Shown: positions 60,301 to 64,000 of the stretch, piece by piece | How positions within the stretch are numbered: position 1 is the stretch's first letter | Layout of the letters: the number at the start of each line of letters is the position of its first letter | From: an uncultured Gemmatimonadales bacterium | GTDB lineage: Bacteria; Gemmatimonadota; Gemmatimonadetes; Longimicrobiales; Longimicrobiaceae | DNA length: 64,000 nt | Direction of reading: 5' to 3' | NCBI GenBank assembly: GCA_963716255.1 | Contig: OY970303.1 | Coordinates: 7,008,001-7,072,000, forward strand | Made by a program: the position numbers and the translations under genes | Notes under the pieces: model-generated | What the model was told of the DNA's origin: nothing | Databases searched by the model: none | What the model saw: the letters and a program-made list of their open reading frames with translations, nothing else

Positions 60301-63300
60301 GGCGCAGGCGGAGCTGCCGGTGTGGATCACCTCCGCCGGGAGCCCGGAAACCTTCGAGACCGCGGGGGAGCGCGGGTACAACGTCCTCACCCACCTCCTG
60401 GGGCAGACGGTGGACGAGCTCGCCGCAAAGATCGCGCTGTACCGCGACGCGCTGCGGCGCCACGGGCGCGACCCGGACTCGGGGCGCGTGACGCTGATGC
60501 TCCACACCTTCGTGGGGACGAGCGAGGAGGCGGTGCGCGACACGGTGCGCGAGCCGTTCAAGCGCTACCTCGCCAGCTCCGTGGGGCTGATCCGGGGGCT
60601 GGCGCGCTCCATGGGCGTCGCGGACCTGGATGCGCTGGCGCCGGAGGACATGGACGCGCTCCTGGAGCACGCCTTCGAGCGCTACTACGGCTCGGCCGGG
60701 CTGATGGGGACGGAGGAGCAGTGCCTGGCGATGACCGATCGGCTCCGCGAGGCCGGGGTGGACGAGCTGGCCTGCCTGGTGGACTTCGGCGTGGAGACCG
60801 ACGCCGCGCTGGCCGCGCTGGAGCGCCTGGACGGGGTGCGCCGCCGCGCGGCGGAGCCCGCCCCGGAGGCCGCGGACGAGACGTCGCTGGCGGCGCAGCT
60901 CATCCGGCACGGGGCCACGCACCTGCAGTGCACCCCGTCCACGCTGCGGACGGTGCTCCCCGACGAGGACGCGCCGCGCGCGCTCGCCGGGCTGCGCAGG
61001 CTGCTGCTGGGGGGCGAGGCGCTCCCGGCGCCGCTGGCGGCGGAGGCGCTGGCGGCCGGCGTGGGCGAGCTCCACAACATGTACGGGCCCACGGAAACCA
61101 CCGTGTGGTCCGCGACGCACCGGATCGAATCGGCGGAGGGCGGGATCGCGGTGGGGACGCCGGTCGCCAACACCCGCATCCACCTGGTGGACCGGGGGCT
61201 GGAGCCGGTGCCGGTGGGCGTCCGCGGCGAATTGCTGATCGGCGGCGAGGGCGTGGCGCGGGGGTACCTGGGGCGCCCCGACCTCACCGCCGAGCGCTTC
61301 GTCCCCGACCCGTTCGCGTGCCCGCGCACGGCCGGAGCGCGCCTGTACCGCACCGGCGACCTGGCGCGCCGCCGCGCGGACGGGCTCCTGGAGGTGGTGG
61401 GGCGCGCGGACCAGCAGGTCAAGGTGCGCGGCCACCGCGTGGAGCCCGGCGAGATCGAAGCGACGCTGGAGGCCCACCCCGCCGTGGCCGAGGCCGCCGT
61501 CGCGGCGCGCGAGGAAGCGCCGGGGGAGCGCCGGCTGGTGGCCTACCTGGTCGCCGCGCCGGGGGCCGCCGTGCCGTCCCCGGCGGAGCTTCGCGGCTGG
61601 GTGCGCGTGCGGCTGCCGGAGTACATGGTGCCCTCGGCGTTCGTCGCGCTGGACCGGCTCCCGCTCACGCCCAACGGCAAGCTGGACCGGCGCGCGCTCC
61701 CGGCGCCCGACGCCGCGCGGCAGGGCCGTGAGCGCCCTCCGGCCGCTCCCCGCACCCCCACCGAGGCCGCGCTGGCGGCGGTGTGGGCCGAAGTGCTTCG
61801 CGTGGAGCGGGTGGGCGTACACGACAACTTCTTCGAGTCGGGGGGCGATTCCATCCTCGCCATCCAGGTGGTGGCGCGCGCCGCCCGGGCGGGGGTGCGC
61901 GTGACCCCGCGCCAGCTCTTCCAGCACCAGACGGTGGCGGAGCTCGCGGCGGTCGCCGGGACCGCCGCCGCTGCGGCCGCGGAGCAGGGAGCGGTCACCG
62001 GCCCGGTCCCGCTCACCCCCATCCAGGGCTGGCTGCTGGAGCAGGACCTTCCCGATCCCCACCACTACAACCAGGCGGTGCTGCTGGCGCCGGGGGAGGC
62101 GCTGGACGCGGCGCTGCTGGAGCGCGCCGTCGCCGCGCTGGCGGTGCACCACGACGCGCTCCGGCTGCGCTTCGCGCGCGGGGCGGACGGGTGGAGCCAG
62201 GAGAGCGGCCCGGCGGACGGCACGGCGCCGCTCTCCGTCATCGACCTGGCGGGCGTCCGCGCGTCCGCGCTGGCCGCCCGGATCGAGGACATCGCCGGCG
62301 CGCTCCAGGCCGGGCTCGACCTGGCCCGCGGCCCCGTCTTCCGGGTGGGGCTGATGCAGTGCGTGACCGGGGAGCCGCAGCGCGTCATGATCGTCGTGCA
62401 CCACCTGGCCGTGGACGGCATCTCCTGGCGCGTGCTCCTGGAGGACCTGGAGAGCGCCTACCGGCAGCTCCGCGCCGGGGAATCGGTCCGCTTTCCGCCC
62501 AAGACCACCTCCTTCCGCGAGTGGGCGCGGCGGCTGGCCGGGTATGCGGTCTCCGACGCGCTCGCCGCCGAGCTTCCCTACTGGACCGACGCGCGCCGCC
62601 TGGACGCGGCCCCCATCCCCGTGGACCGCGACGGTCCCGACCCGGAGTCGGGGATGCGCTCCGTCACCGTCCGCCTCACCGCGGAAGAGACGCGGGCGCT
62701 CCTGCACGAGGCCCCCGCCGCCTACCGCACCGGGGTCAACGACTTCCTCCTGGCCGCCCTCGCCCGCGCCCTCGCCGCGTGGACGGGCGGCCGGCGCGTG
62801 CTGGTGAGCCTGGAGGGGCACGGGCGCGAGGAATTGTTCGCCGGCGTGGACCTGTCGCGCACCGTGGGGTGGTTCACCTCGCTGGCCCCGGTGCTCCTGG
62901 AGACCGATCCCGCCCACGGGCCCGGCGAGGCGCTGAAGTCCGTCAAGGAGCAGCTGCGGGCCGTGCCGGAGCGCGGCGTCGGCCACGGCGTGCTCCGCCA
63001 CCTGCACCCCGACCCCGCCGTGCGCGGGCGGCTCGCCGGGCTCCCCGCGCCCGGGATCCTCTTCAACTACCTGGGGCAGCTCGACGGCACGGTCGGCGAG
63101 GACGCGCTCTTCCGCCCCGCCGGGGAGTCCCGCGGCCCCGACCGCTCCCCCCGCGGACCGCGCGGCCACCGGCTGGAGGTGACCGGGATGGTGTTCGAGG
63201 GCGAGCTGCGCATGGACTGGATGTACGGCCGCGCCGTGCACGACCGCGCCACCGTGGAGCGCGTCGCCGAGCGGTTCGCCGCCGAGCTGCGGACGCTGGT

Positions 63301-64000
63301 CGCGCACTGCCGCGAGCCGGGCGCGGGCGGCGTCACCCCCTCCGACTTCCCGCTGGCGCGGCTGACGCAGGCGGAGCTGGACGCCCGGCTGGGGAGCGGG
63401 CGCGGCGTGGAGGACGTCTACCCCGTGACCCCCATGCAGGAAGGGCTGCTCTTCGAGAGCCTGTTCGCGCCGGGAACGGGCATCTACGTGAGCCAGCTCG
63501 TCGTCGGGCTGCGGGGCGAGCTGGACCCGGAGGCGCTGGAGCGGGCGTGGCGGAGCGCGGCCGCGCGCCACGAAGTGCTGCGCGCGGGCTTCCAGTGGGA
63601 GGGGCTGCGCCGGCCGCTGCAGGTGGTCCGGCGCGAGGCGCGGGTCCCGTTCCGGCGGGAAGACCTGCGGGGGCTGGGCGCGGCGGACCGCGAAGCGCGG
63701 ATCGAGCGGTACCTGGAAGAGGACCGGCGCGAGGGGTTCGACCTGGCGGAGGCGCCGCTGATGCGGGTGGCGCTGTTCCGCACCGGCGAGCGGGAGCACC
63801 GGATGCTGTGGACGCACCACCACCTGGTCCTGGACGGCTGGAGCCTGCCGGTGCTCCTCCGCGACGTGCTGGAGCTGTATGCCGCGCACCGGCGGGGCGA
63901 GCCGGCCGCGCCGGGCGGCGCGCGGCCGTACCGCGAGTACGTGTCGTGGCTCGCCGCGCGCGACCCGGCGCGCTCGGAAGAATACTGGCGGACTGCCCTG
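48175..64000 (+). CDS. NRPS megasynthase C (3' partial): C-A-T-C-A-T-C-A-T-C-A[LLM monooxygenase]-T-E-C...; one +1 frameshift at 59711-59712
   Basis: ATG 48175 ([15 protein letters not shown]). ORF 47788-61731 is NRPS-like only to about 59710. Removing one A restores [13 protein letters not shown], and the new frame stays open to the window end. Confidence 0.9.
51420..54525 (+). other. Gene C module 2 C-A(unknown, hydrophobic?)-T
   Basis: Pocket DAMTLGCVN on a scaffold resembling the Leu domains of genes A and B. Confidence 0.6.
54590..57700 (+). other. Gene C module 3 C-A(Val-like)-T
   Basis: Pocket DALWMGGVF, close to the Val-type DA(F/L)W(I/L)GGTF. Confidence 0.65.
59815..60845 (+). other. 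Luciferase-like FMN-dependent monooxygenase domain (MupA/Atu3671-type) inserted in a Gly A domain
   Basis: Manual translation after the frameshift: EFSLFYFAS...[31 protein letters not shown]...[10 protein letters not shown]...[11 protein letters not shown]...LACLVDFG. The flanking A halves give pocket DILQLGMVW (Gly). Confidence 0.88.
61755..64000 (+). other. T(GGDSI)-E-C(DCL-type, truncated by window)
   Basis: [11 protein letters not shown] motifs HHLAVDG, LEGHGRE, RTVGWFT, FNYLGQ; C motifs [12 protein letters not shown] and [12 protein letters not shown]. Confidence 0.88.

Noticed and set aside
59713..61731. C-terminal ~670 aa of the 4647-aa ORF
   Set aside because: Out of frame after the extra A. 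The real protein continues in the next frame.

Overview
Very GC-rich bacterial DNA, almost entirely filled by part of a giant hybrid NRPS/PKS lipopeptide cluster on the + strand. The repeat style suggests Gemmatimonadota/Longimicrobium-like DNA, but that is inference only. A ~2 kb lower-GC left segment carries two minus-strand envelope-type ORFs. Three megasynthase genes follow. Gene A (about 2085-21008): KS-AT-T-C-A(Leu)-T-E-C-A(?)-T-C-A(Gln)[N-MT]-T-C-A(Pro-like)-T. Gene B (21461-47573, broken by two single-base homopolymer frameshifts): FAAL-ACP-[C-A-T]x4-KS-AT-T-C-A(Leu)-T-E-C-A(beta-Ala)-T. Gene C (48175 to the window end, one frameshift): [C-A-T]x3-C-A(Gly)[luciferase-like monooxygenase inserted]-T-E-C. 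No TE, MbtH, PPTase, transporter or regulator is visible. Main points: a 6.6 kb near-identical duplication makes gene A a loading-less copy of the second half of gene B with homologous C-terminal tails, which could mean a branched assembly line. Also notable are an internal Gly-monooxygenase-epimerase module, an atypical AT, several non-canonical A-domain pockets, a palindromic element inserted in frame in an A domain, and a promoter-like motif shared by genes A and B. Substrate calls come from manual alignment to GrsA pocket positions and recalled reference codes, so they need software confirmation. Domain boundaries are approximate.
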